Part shown: positions 56,191 through 64,000 of the stretch, piece after piece | How the letters are laid out: every line of letters begins with the position of its first letter | How positions within the stretch are numbered: the stretch's first letter is position 1 | Source of the DNA: Anaerolineales bacterium | Lineage (GTDB): Bacteria; Chloroflexota; Anaerolineae; Anaerolineales; E44-bin32 | Length of the DNA stretch: 64,000 nt | Assembly (NCBI GenBank): GCA_049644665.1 | Contig: JBARSI010000155.1 | Span: forward strand, 4,888-68,887 | Reading direction: 5' to 3' | Position numbers and translations under genes: made by a program | The notes under the pieces: model-generated | Told to the model about the DNA's origin: nothing | The model's input: the letters and a program-made list of their open reading frames with translations, nothing else | Databases searched by the model: none

Positions 56191-57782
56191 TTGCGAAAAA
56201 TCCTCACGCGTCTTAGTGGTTCCTTCCCGTAGGAATGTGAAACAAGGTTTGCCTGGCGAGCCAATTGATGCTGCAACCGGCGGAAGTAGGAGGATGTGGG
56301 GGAGAGATCGATAGATCGAGTGCCATCGAGAACTCTCTGAATTGCGTTGTTCGCATCCTCAAGTGCCTTTTCCATGGATGGGTCGTCGACGCTCGATGAA
56401 CGTAAGTTGTAGAGGTCAATCAGGAACCCCTCCATCTGATTGACGGTATTGGAGCGCAGAACATAAATTGGCATCCGCCGGTTTTCTGCGTCCTTGATCA
56501 CTCGTGGGCGTTTACGGAAATTGGATCTCAGGGTAACAAGCACTTCTGCATTACCAAGAGAATCTGCCAGAACCGAGGGTACGCCCAGGCGCTTGGATGC
56601 CTGGCGTAAGCGGTTGCGTGCGACGCCGAAGGGAAAGATACGGATTGGGGTCAGGGGTTTTCCGGGCATGTGGGGTGCAGTGGGCGAATAAGGGAGTCCC
56701 TCAGTGTTATTCTGCGGAGCGGTAGGGAGAGCGGCCTGCCGCCGATAACCAGACTGCGGAGCGTGGCTGGCTGGTGCCGCCGCCCTGGGTGTTTCGATTT
56801 GTATTTCTCCGTTCTTGTCGCGGTAGCGCAATTCGGGATGCAGTGGTCGTCCACGCAGCATGGCATCGACGGCGGCAGAGACATCGTGATGGACTGCTAC
56901 TCGTTCGCGGTCCAGGATCTCGACCAGAACATTAAAAGTAGGTGCTGCGCGGCGCTCAAGGACTGTCTTTTGTGTGCCGCGTCGACGCGCCTCATCATCT
57001 GACAGCGTCACTGACTCTATGCCGCCGATTAGGTCCGAGAGGGTTGGATTGAGCAGCAAGTTCTCAAGCGTGTTTCCATGGGCGGTGCCGATTAGTTGAA
57101 CGCCGCGCTCCGCGATCGTCCGCGCCGCGATTGCCTCAAGCTCGCGTCCGATCTCGTCGATCACGATCACTTCTGGATTGTGATTTTCCACGGCCTCGAT
57201 CATTACCTCATGCTGAAGCGTAGGTTCTCGCACCTGCATGCGACGGGCGCGACCAATAGCTGGATGTGGTACGTCGCCGTCTCCGGCGATCTCGTTGGAG
57301 GTATCTACAATGACGACCCGTTTTTCGTCTGCCAGGATGCGCGCCGCCTCTCGCAGCATTGTGGTTTTGCCGACGGCGGGGCGACCGAGGAGGAGGACGC
57401 TGGTGCCGCTCGTAATGAAATCCTGGATAATGTCGATCGTTCCGTAAACGGCTCTGCCCACACGGCACGTAAGGCCGATGATTTCCCGGTGCCGGTTGCG
57501 TATGGCCGAGATACGGTGCAGGGTGCGCTCGATGCCGGCGCGGTTGTCGGCGTCGTAGTCGCCGATGCGGGACACGACATACTCGATCTCCGCAGAAGAT
57601 ACTTCTCGTTCGCTGAGTTCAACCTCACCATCGGTGAACCTCGCAGTGGGAACGCGTCCCAGATCGATGATGATCTCCAGCAGGTCATCGGGGCGATTGA
57701 TCTTCTCAAGCGCACTGGTGAATTCGGGGGGCAGGACATTGAGGATGTCGGTTAAGTTATCGGTAATGCGTTTCTGGGTCAT
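56187..57782 (-). CDS. AAA ATPase with a C-terminal R3H domain (Ycf45/SpoIIIAA-like)
   Basis: Walker A is GRPAVGKTT, Walker B is VIVIDEIG, and the terminal R3H-like string is SHSYGKEPLRRVRIF. Confidence 0.7.
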   Translation of the reverse strand: MTQKRITDNLTDILNVLPPEFTSALEKINRPDDLLEIIIDLGRVPTARFTDGEVELSEREVSSAEIEYVVSRIGDYDADNRAGIERTLHRISAIRNRHREIIGLTCRVGRAVYGTIDIIQDFITSGTSVLLLGRPAVGKTTMLREAARILADEKRVVIVDTSNEIAGDGDVPHPAIGRARRMQVREPTLQHEVMIEAVENHNPEVIVIDEIGRELEAIAARTIAERGVQLIGTAHGNTLENLLLNPTLSDLIGGIESVTLSDDEARRRGTQKTVLERRAAPTFNVLVEILDRERVAVHHDVSAAVDAMLRGRPLHPELRYRDKNGEIQIETPRAAAPASHAPQSGYRRQAALPTAPQNNTEGLPYSPTAPHMPGKPLTPIRIFPFGVARNRLRQASKRLGVPSVLADSLGNAEVLVTLRSNFRKRPRVIKDAENRRMPIYVLRSNTVNQMEGFLIDLYNLRSSSVDDPSMEKALEDANNAIQRVLDGTRSIDLSPTSSYFRRLQHQLARQANLVSHSYGKEPLRRVRIFRK

Positions 57783-58753
57783 AGGCTGTATGTGTGCATC
57801 GATGATGGTGTGTGCTGAACGACGTTGGTAAAAGGCGCAGATGGCTCGGGTTGTGTCCCGTCGAGCGCTGGAATCTCTACTCGGACTTGACGGCGTATTG
57901 GAGCGGCGAGGCGCTTAACCATTACCGCCTGGCTGCTGCATGTCTCGAAACCGAGTCGGTTAAGTGATTGGTTGAGTCCTCCCTGGTATGAACGAACGCA
58001 GATAAAAAGCGGGCGTTTCTGGCTGGGTGACAAGCTGAGCATGATTCCCGTTAAAAGCTCATCGCCTAACTCGGCCGCAGGGTGGAAATAGGGCTGTACC
58101 CAGATACCTTGCGGTCCGTGCTCAACGTCCAAATAACCGAGCAACTCACCCTGTGACCAGTATACAAGACCTCGCCCGGCACGGGATGGAGGAGGTTCGA
58201 CTTGCTGGACCAGGGCTGGGACAAGGTTGGTGTATAGGCTTTGAATCGCGATGCAGTCGCGGTCTATGGCCGGACGCCAAGTCTCCTCGTGCCGAGCTGG
58301 TTCACCCTCGACAACTCTCTCAAGCCTTAAAATCCGTTGCCGTGAATAGATCGCGAAACCTGCTGCGTGTAAGCCATCGAAGGCGGGGTCGCGCTCGTCG
58401 ATCTCGGCGATTAAAGCGTGTGCGCCCCGCTCTCCCGCCATATGGGCCATTGCCTCAAGCAGGCTGATCCCTTCAGGCTTAGAGAGAATCTCGCACGGAC
58501 TGATAAACACCAGACGTGCAGGAAGCTGATTGTTGCGAATTAGAAATTGGCCTGCAGCTGATAATTCACCTGAATAGTCAGCACGGGAAACCAGGGTGCA
58601 AACATTAGGGCCAGGGATGAGTGTGCCTAGCGGCTGGTGCCTCAGTGTATGTACACCACGCGTATACATGAGCTTGGAGTCAAGGCACATCCCGCTATTG
58701 CGGATTCGATGTAAGAGTATCAGGTCGCGCCAATCATATAGGCGAATAGTCAT
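57779..58753 (-). CDS. Hypothetical protein, possibly a tandem GNAT-like fold
   Basis: 324-aa ORF, translationally coupled (4-nt overlap) to the R3H ATPase. The fold guess rests only on weak motif resemblance. Confidence 0.5.
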   Translation of the reverse strand: MTIRLYDWRDLILLHRIRNSGMCLDSKLMYTRGVHTLRHQPLGTLIPGPNVCTLVSRADYSGELSAAGQFLIRNNQLPARLVFISPCEILSKPEGISLLEAMAHMAGERGAHALIAEIDERDPAFDGLHAAGFAIYSRQRILRLERVVEGEPARHEETWRPAIDRDCIAIQSLYTNLVPALVQQVEPPPSRAGRGLVYWSQGELLGYLDVEHGPQGIWVQPYFHPAAELGDELLTGIMLSLSPSQKRPLFICVRSYQGGLNQSLNRLGFETCSSQAVMVKRLAAPIRRQVRVEIPALDGTQPEPSAPFTNVVQHTPSSMHTYSL

Positions 58754-58756
58754 AGA

Positions 58757-59341
58757 TCACGTTTTCAGAAGGGACAGGAAGTAGCGGTGAAAGCGATCGT
58801 CCCCGGTTAATTCCGGATGAAAGCTTGTGGCAAGGAAATGTCCCTGCTTGGCGGCAACGATAATGCCATTATCGTTGCTTTCGGGCAAGCGGGCGAGAAT
58901 ATCGGCCTCGGGTCCGACACGGGCGATCAGGGGGGCGCGGATGAAAATCGCCGGGAACGGCGTCTCGGGATTTTCCAGGACGGGCACGTGAATATCAGCC
59001 TCAAAGCTATCAGCCTGGCGACCGAAGGCATTGCGTTCGACCGTGATGTCCATTAATCCCAATAGATGCTGCCGTTCTCGGGCGTCTTTCGATAGGAAAA
59101 TTGCGCCGGCGCATGTGCCCCAGATAGGTCGCTTTTGGCCGAAGGCACGCAGTGGGTCCAGCAGGTCGAATGCGTTGGCAAGTTTCCCGATCGTCGTCGA
59201 TTCGCCCCCTGGAATAATCAAGGCTTCAATGTCATCCAGATGGGAAGGCAGTCGAATCTCAACACCCTCCACTCCCAGTCTGTGCAAAAAGGCAAGGTGC
59301 TCGGTGAAATCTCCCTGCAGCGCCAGGACGCCCACCTTCAT
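58757..59341 (-). CDS. pdxT: PLP synthase glutaminase subunit
   Basis: Contains [20 protein letters not shown] (catalytic Cys) and FHPE. Confidence 0.9.
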   Translation of the reverse strand: MKVGVLALQGDFTEHLAFLHRLGVEGVEIRLPSHLDDIEALIIPGGESTTIGKLANAFDLLDPLRAFGQKRPIWGTCAGAIFLSKDARERQHLLGLMDITVERNAFGRQADSFEADIHVPVLENPETPFPAIFIRAPLIARVGPEADILARLPESNDNGIIVAAKQGHFLATSFHPELTGDDRFHRYFLSLLKT

Positions 59342-59883
59342 GATCCTGCCACCTTTTGTTTCCCGCTCCAGGCTTCGATCTCCATTGCGAAAACGGAGGT
59401 TTGCTGCAATTCCGTATCTGTTATGGGAGAGTAATCCTCGCCCGGTTTCAACTGCGGGAAATATTTATCGAGCAGACCCTGTAACCCGTATTGTTGTTCC
59501 GAGGCATCGTCTGCAATGCGAGCGTTCCCGAACACCGTCACGCTGGCATACTCGTTGCTGAATTCAATCGCCGTCTCGGCGGGAAGGAGTTGACCCATGG
59601 TTGCGACGCTGAAGCATATCTTGGGGTTGGTTTCAATGTTACTTCGTGCGCGACCCTCGAGGGCTGTGTGGAAATAGATGCGCTGGTTCTTCTCGTCGTA
59701 CCAGAAGAGGTTTGCGTGAATGAAAGGTTGATTCTCACACGTGGTAGCGATAAAGCCGAACCGAGACTCGCGCAGAAATGCCCTTATCTCAGCCTGGTCT
59801 TTAATTTGCCGGTCGTGCCTTCGTATCCGGGTTCTATCGTCTGCGGAGTGGAGAATCGCCGCCCTCCCAAAGAAATCTACCAA
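59338..59883 (-). CDS. Pyridoxamine-5'-phosphate-oxidase-fold FMN-binding protein (Pyridox_ox_2 / NimA-like)
   Basis: [66 protein letters not shown] matches the split-barrel family pattern. Confidence 0.7.
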   Translation of the reverse strand: MVDFFGRAAILHSADDRTRIRRHDRQIKDQAEIRAFLRESRFGFIATTCENQPFIHANLFWYDEKNQRIYFHTALEGRARSNIETNPKICFSVATMGQLLPAETAIEFSNEYASVTVFGNARIADDASEQQYGLQGLLDKYFPQLKPGEDYSPITDTELQQTSVFAMEIEAWSGKQKVAGS

Positions 59884-60764
59884 CCTCTCTCGGCCAACCG
59901 TTCATTCTCGGGAAGATCCGCCACTTCAATGCCGACCATCGGTTCGCCCAGGCCTTTGCTGATCTCAGCCAGGATATTCGGGTCGTTGTAGTGTGTAACA
60001 GATTCCACAATCGCCTTTGCGCGCTGAGGAGGATCGCTCGATTTAAAAATGCCCGAGCCGACAAAAACACCATCCACACCAAGCTGCATCATGAGCGCGG
60101 CGTCGGCTGGGGTGGCGATTCCTCCGGCGGCGAAATTGACAACAGGAAGATGTCCCAAGGCCTTGGTTTCCTTGATCAACCCGAATGGGGCGCCGATCTC
60201 TTTGGCGAAAGTCATCAACTCATCGTCAGGCATATTCTTAAGCCGGCGGATCGCGCCTAAAACAGAGCGCGCGTGTCGGACAGCCTCAACGATGTCACCC
60301 GTTCCGGCTTCGCCTTTCGTGCGGATCATCGCTGCACCCTCTCCAATGCGGCGTAAGGCTTCGCCCAGGTTGCGGCAGCCGCATACGAAGGGGATCTTAA
60401 ACACGTGTTTATCGATGTGGTGAGCTTCGTCCGCTGGCGTTAATACCTCTGACTCGTCGATGAAGTCAACCCCAAGAGCCTCAATGATCTGGGCCTCAAC
60501 GAAATGACCGATCCTGCACTTCGCCATCACCGGGATTGTGACAGTCTCCATGATCTCCTGGATAAGTGCCGGGTCGCTCATACGAGCCACGCCTCCGTGG
60601 GCGCGTATGTCAGCGGGGACGCGCTCTAACGCCATCACGGCAACGGCGCCGGCCTGCTCGGCGATGCGGGCGTGTTCTGCCGTGACCACATCCATGATCA
60701 CGCCACCCTTAAGCATCTGGGCCAAGCCTTTCTTAACAGTGAAGGTGCCTACTTCCTTTTCCAT
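59877..60764 (-). CDS. pdxS: PLP synthase lyase subunit
   Basis: From Met40 of the track ORF: [33 protein letters not shown] is present. High-identity PdxS motifs run throughout. Confidence 0.95.
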   Translation of the reverse strand: MEKEVGTFTVKKGLAQMLKGGVIMDVVTAEHARIAEQAGAVAVMALERVPADIRAHGGVARMSDPALIQEIMETVTIPVMAKCRIGHFVEAQIIEALGVDFIDESEVLTPADEAHHIDKHVFKIPFVCGCRNLGEALRRIGEGAAMIRTKGEAGTGDIVEAVRHARSVLGAIRRLKNMPDDELMTFAKEIGAPFGLIKETKALGHLPVVNFAAGGIATPADAALMMQLGVDGVFVGSGIFKSSDPPQRAKAIVESVTHYNDPNILAEISKGLGEPMVGIEVADLPENERLAERGW

Positions 60765-60853
60765 AATTATCTCCGTGCAAGTGTCTAATAACCTTAATCC
60801 GATTCTACCACGATAGACAATATGCCCTGAAGTCGACCCCAAGCATTTGCTGC

Positions 60854-60924
60854 TTGACACATAAACGTCAGCGATGTACAATTAGTACAATAATACAAAG
60901 AGACAATGATACAATTGGGACAAT
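60854..60924 (+). promoter_or_regulatory. Strong promoter (TTGACA-N17-TACAAT) followed by a phased array of six [T/G]ACAA[T/A] hexamers
   Basis: Hexamers start at ~60877, 60886, 60894, 60902, 60910 and 60919 (spacing 9, 8, 8, 8, 9). The first two also form TGTAC-N5-GTACA. Confidence 0.5.
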
Positions 60925-60930
60925 AATCAA

Positions 60931-61341
60931 ATGTTTACAGAATTGGATTTCCGAAGTCATATCCCGATCTATACACAAATGGTAGAGCGAATAAAGCACC
61001 TGGTTGCATCCGGTGTGCTAGAGCCAGGCGATCAATTGCCTACCGTGCGGCAGATGGCGGCGGAATTGAGAGTCAATTTCAATACGATCGCCCGCGCCTA
61101 CCGCATACTCGATGAAGAAGGTGTGATCTCCACACAGCAGGGTCGCGGGACTTATGTATTGGAGCCTATGCCACCGGAAAGAGCCTCACGGATCCGCGGC
61201 GCTGCGTTGGAGGGGATGACGAAATCCTTCCTGGAGCACGCACATCAAGTGGGATTCAAGCCGGAGGAAGTTTCGATGTTGCTGGATGAATTGATTGAAT
61301 CCTGGCGAGAAGAAGGCGAGCCGCCTACGGCCGAGGATTGA
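60931..61341 (+). CDS. Short GntR-family (YtrA-like) transcriptional regulator
   Basis: Contains GDQLPTVRQMAAELRVNFNTIARAYRILDEEGVISTQQGRGTYV. 136 aa with no large effector domain. Confidence 0.8.
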   Translation: MFTELDFRSHIPIYTQMVERIKHLVASGVLEPGDQLPTVRQMAAELRVNFNTIARAYRILDEEGVISTQQGRGTYVLEPMPPERASRIRGAALEGMTKSFLEHAHQVGFKPEEVSMLLDELIESWREEGEPPTAED

Positions 61342-61379
61342 TCGGATCTTATTCAATAAAGTAGAAAGGATGGATAACA

Positions 61380-62351
61380 ATGGGTAAACGACGTTCTATC
61401 TCTGAGCTAGAAGCCATTCGTATCTCAGACAAGGAAACGCGCACACGCATCCCCGGCGTAGCGCTCTTGTTCTTCCTTGTTCTATTACTGCTCGCGGGGT
61501 TAGCGCTGTTTTTGTTAGTGAAATACGACGCACGAGATATTTGGGTTTGGGTGACGGCAGGGACGAGCGCCTTGATCGCCACGTACGTTCTCCTGGCGCT
61601 TAAGGTGGCCGACCAATGGGAAAAGGCGGTGGTGCTGCGCTTCGGCCGCTTCACGGGCCTGCGAGGGCCGGGAATCTTCTGGATCGTGCCAGTTATTGAT
61701 CGGATTCCGGTTTGGATCGATCACCGCGTGATGGTGACTGCATTTAGCGCGGAGAAGACGCTCACGAAGGATACTGTTCCTGTGGATGTTGACGCGGTTC
61801 TCTTTTGGTTGGTCTGGGATGCTGAAAAAGCGGCGTTAGAGGTGGAGAACTATCGAGTGGCAATCGCCTGGGCCGCGCAGACCGCTCTACGGGAGGTGAT
61901 CGGGCAGATGGATTTGGCCGACATCCTGATTGGTCGGGCGCGCATGGACCGCGATCTTCAGAAGATTATTGATGAGCGGACAACGCCCTGGGGGGTGACC
62001 GTGCAGTCCGTCGAGATCCGCGATGTTGTAATCCCACAAGAATTAGAGGATGCAATGAGCAGGCAGGCGCAGGCGGAACGCGAGCGCCAGGCGCGAGTGA
62101 TTTTGGGTGAATCCGAAAAGCAGATCGCGCAATCCTTCGCTGACGCCTCTCAAGCGTATCTCAATAACCCGACCGCACTGCACTTGCGGGCGATGAATAT
62201 GCTCTTTGAAGGGCTAAAAGAGAAGGGAGCGCTCGTGATCGTGCCCTCCAGCGCCGTAGACACCATGAACCTGGGAGCCGTAGCAGGCATAACTTCGTTA
62301 GCGGCAGTAACCGGTTCTGTAGACGAACACATCGAACAGGGGGGTAGGTAA
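61380..62351 (+). CDS. SPFH/band-7 (stomatin-like) membrane protein
   Basis: N-terminal TM helices followed by an SPFH core (WEKAVVLRFGRFTGLRGPGIFWIVPVIDR). Confidence 0.85.
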   Translation: MGKRRSISELEAIRISDKETRTRIPGVALLFFLVLLLLAGLALFLLVKYDARDIWVWVTAGTSALIATYVLLALKVADQWEKAVVLRFGRFTGLRGPGIFWIVPVIDRIPVWIDHRVMVTAFSAEKTLTKDTVPVDVDAVLFWLVWDAEKAALEVENYRVAIAWAAQTALREVIGQMDLADILIGRARMDRDLQKIIDERTTPWGVTVQSVEIRDVVIPQELEDAMSRQAQAERERQARVILGESEKQIAQSFADASQAYLNNPTALHLRAMNMLFEGLKEKGALVIVPSSAVDTMNLGAVAGITSLAAVTGSVDEHIEQGGR

Positions 62352-62582
62352 GTGTCACCGAATAACGAATATCGAGTTGAGGTTCTCGGGGGTTCGATGG
62401 TAAGCGCAAAGCCCGAAGACATGGAAGCCATGCTCAATGAAGCCGCGGAAGATGGCTGGGTGTTTATGGCTACCGCGCCTCAAAATAACTCGGCGCGACT
62501 CTGGGTCATATTGCAGCGACCGCTTCGAGAAGCGCGTAAAAGAACACGGCGAAGCGGCCACTGGTTTTCTGAGTGGGGATAA
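62352..62582 (+). CDS. Small DUF4177-like protein
   Basis: 76 aa. The GTG start abuts the SPFH stop. YRVEVLGG...LNEAAEDGWVFMA resembles DUF4177 (from memory). Confidence 0.5.
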   Translation: MSPNNEYRVEVLGGSMVSAKPEDMEAMLNEAAEDGWVFMATAPQNNSARLWVILQRPLREARKRTRRSGHWFSEWG

Positions 62583-62593
62583 GCGAGAAGAGT

Positions 62594-62645
62594 GGGTGTT
62601 TCACGTGAAACAAAGTTATCAGGTTTCACGTGAAACATTTCGTTG
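62594..62645 (+). terminator. Twin-palindrome hairpin: two copies of GTTTCACGTGAAAC. Probably an intrinsic terminator and possibly a protein-binding site.
   Basis: The copies lie at ~62598-62611 and ~62623-62636. Each is self-complementary, so they also pair with each other (14-15 bp stem, 11-nt loop), followed by atttcgtt. Confidence 0.55.
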
Positions 62646-62881
62646 GGCGCGGAAACTTGGATGATGGCTGGAATTATTTGTTCTATTCATTATTAAGTGC
62701 TGGCAGGACGGGCATCCTCATTTCATAGAAGAAACAGGATAGAATAATGGCGCTGCGGCAGAGGTCCGGGGGCTCCTGGGCTGCGGCGTTGGGTGTGTGG
62801 TTCGGGCCGCGTCCAGCGAGGCTCTTTGAGTCGTCTTGATAATGAAGTGTCCGCCTCGCAGGTCTCCGGGAGTTACCTAAT

Positions 62882-63757
62882 ATGCTCGCTGCAGCGCATT
62901 TATTCAACGGTTTGTTGATGATCGCTATTCCCCTGACGCTGGGAGTCTTCTTGGCGAGGCGAAGCCGGCTTAGTTGGAGTTTGTTCGGCGCGGGGGCGTT
63001 GACCTTTGTCGCTTCGCAGATTTTCCATATCCCCTTCAATAATCTGGTTCTGACGCCCTTTGTGACAGGGCGGGGAATGTTCGCGGTTGGCGGGCTGGCG
63101 TTTATGGGTGCCGCGCTGCTGTATGGTCTTTCTGCGGGTATATTCGAAGAGGTGGCGCGCTTTGTCGTCATGCGTCGCTGGGCACACAAAGCTCGAAATT
63201 TACCGAAAGCGCTTATGTTTGGGGCTGGTCATGGTGGAATTGAAGCGATTATCCTTGGCGGGCTGGTTCTGTACGGCTTCTTTCAAGCCGTGGCCTTGCG
63301 CGGGGTGGATCTTTCAAAGTCTCTGCCCCCAGAGCAGGTGGAAGCGGCCGCGACACAGTTGGCGCTTTATTGGGGGATGCCCTGGTATCAGGCCCTGTTG
63401 GGTGCCGTCGAGCGAGTGGGCGCGATATGTTTTCACTTAAGCGCAAGCGCGTTGGTGCTCCAGAGTGTGCGGCGCGGTGGATGGGGCTGGTTGGTGGGAG
63501 CTGTAGCGTGGCATACGCTGTTCAACGCAGCGATCCTAATCGTCATGAATCGATGGGGCGTCTACGCGGCCGAGGGGACCGTCATCGTTGGTGCAGGAAT
63601 TAGCCTGCTCATTCTTTACGCAATGAAAAAGAAAGACGGACCGGGAGAAATGATCGAAAAACGAGCGCTGAATACGAAGCCGCCTCACGCAGAGGTGCAA
63701 CGGGTCAGCGAAGATGAAGTATCAGATGATAGTCTGGAAGATAGCCGCTACGCTTGA
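62882..63757 (+). CDS. YhfC-family intramembrane metalloprotease-like protein
   Basis: Multi-pass protein with FEEVARF (EExxR) and GAGHGGIEA motifs, as recalled for YhfC/CPBP-type proteins. Confidence 0.6.
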   Translation: MLAAAHLFNGLLMIAIPLTLGVFLARRSRLSWSLFGAGALTFVASQIFHIPFNNLVLTPFVTGRGMFAVGGLAFMGAALLYGLSAGIFEEVARFVVMRRWAHKARNLPKALMFGAGHGGIEAIILGGLVLYGFFQAVALRGVDLSKSLPPEQVEAAATQLALYWGMPWYQALLGAVERVGAICFHLSASALVLQSVRRGGWGWLVGAVAWHTLFNAAILIVMNRWGVYAAEGTVIVGAGISLLILYAMKKKDGPGEMIEKRALNTKPPHAEVQRVSEDEVSDDSLEDSRYA

Positions 63758-63811
63758 CATTGAGCGGAGCTGTTGCGAGCTGGGCAGCGATCTAGTTTGA
63801 GGAGAATGAGA

Positions 63812-64000
63812 ATGATTGTTGCGAAGGGATTAACCAAGCGCTTTGGTGACGTGTTGGCAGTTGACGACCTGGATATGGATGTCAAGCCGGGTGAGATCTT
63901 TGGTTTCTTGGGGCCAAATGGCGCGGGGAAGACGACGACGATCCGTATGCTGGGCGCGTTGATTGCACCGACTTCGGGAGAGGCCAGCGTCGCCGGGTAT
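63812..64000 (+). CDS. ABC transporter ATP-binding protein (5' partial, runs off the window)
   Basis: [43 protein letters not shown] (Walker A). GGAG lies 7 nt upstream. Confidence 0.85.
   Translation, partial: MIVAKGLTKRFGDVLAVDDLDMDVKPGEIFGFLGPNGAGKTTTIRMLGALIAPTSGEASVAGY

Noticed and set aside
62594-62645. CRISPR array, suggested by GTTTC…GAAAC-type repeats
   Set aside because: There are only two copies, each 14-16 bp, with an 11-nt spacer and no cas genes. This is not a CRISPR.
62683-63189. 168-aa minus-strand ORF overlapping the yhfC-like start
   Set aside because: It overlaps a hydrophobic, motif-bearing plus-strand ORF. Its product is basic, low in complexity and has no motif.

Overview
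This looks like a chromosomal segment from a moderately GC-rich bacterium. The gene content and protein flavour suggest Chloroflexota/Anaerolineae, but that is an inference and is not verifiable here. No rRNA, tRNA, CRISPR array or transposase was found.

Most of the window is housekeeping:
- gatC, gatA and gatB
- Glu dehydrogenase
- glpD
- lipA
- gmk and tmk
- pdxS and pdxT
- exonuclease III
- several transporters and peptidases

The part most worth attention is a roughly 10-kb divalent-metal uptake island at 31.0-41.4 kb.
- It carries two paralogous Feo-type systems. In each, FeoB is split into a G-domain ORF and a membrane ORF, and the two splits fall at different positions.
- It carries three DtxR-family regulators with contrasting metal-ligand signatures. 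One is fused to FeoA and possibly membrane-anchored.
- It also carries a TrmB-like regulator paired with a ZIP transporter.

Other notable items:
- a YprA/MrfA-type DEAD-box helicase with an HNH nuclease motif inserted before its C-terminal Zn domain
- an M19 dipeptidase whose conserved N-terminus has no ATG/GTG/TTG start, only CTG/ATC behind a GGAGG
- a frameshifted LTD-repeat gene at the window edge
- a CDP-paratose-epimerase-like SDR with Phe in place of the catalytic Tyr
- a NimA-like flavoprotein wedged between pdxS and pdxT
- leaderless-type promoters
- several structured or repetitive intergenic regions

Caveats:
- CDS coordinates follow the ORF track, with starts refined by hand.
- Small motif coordinates were hand-indexed and may be off by 1-2 nt.
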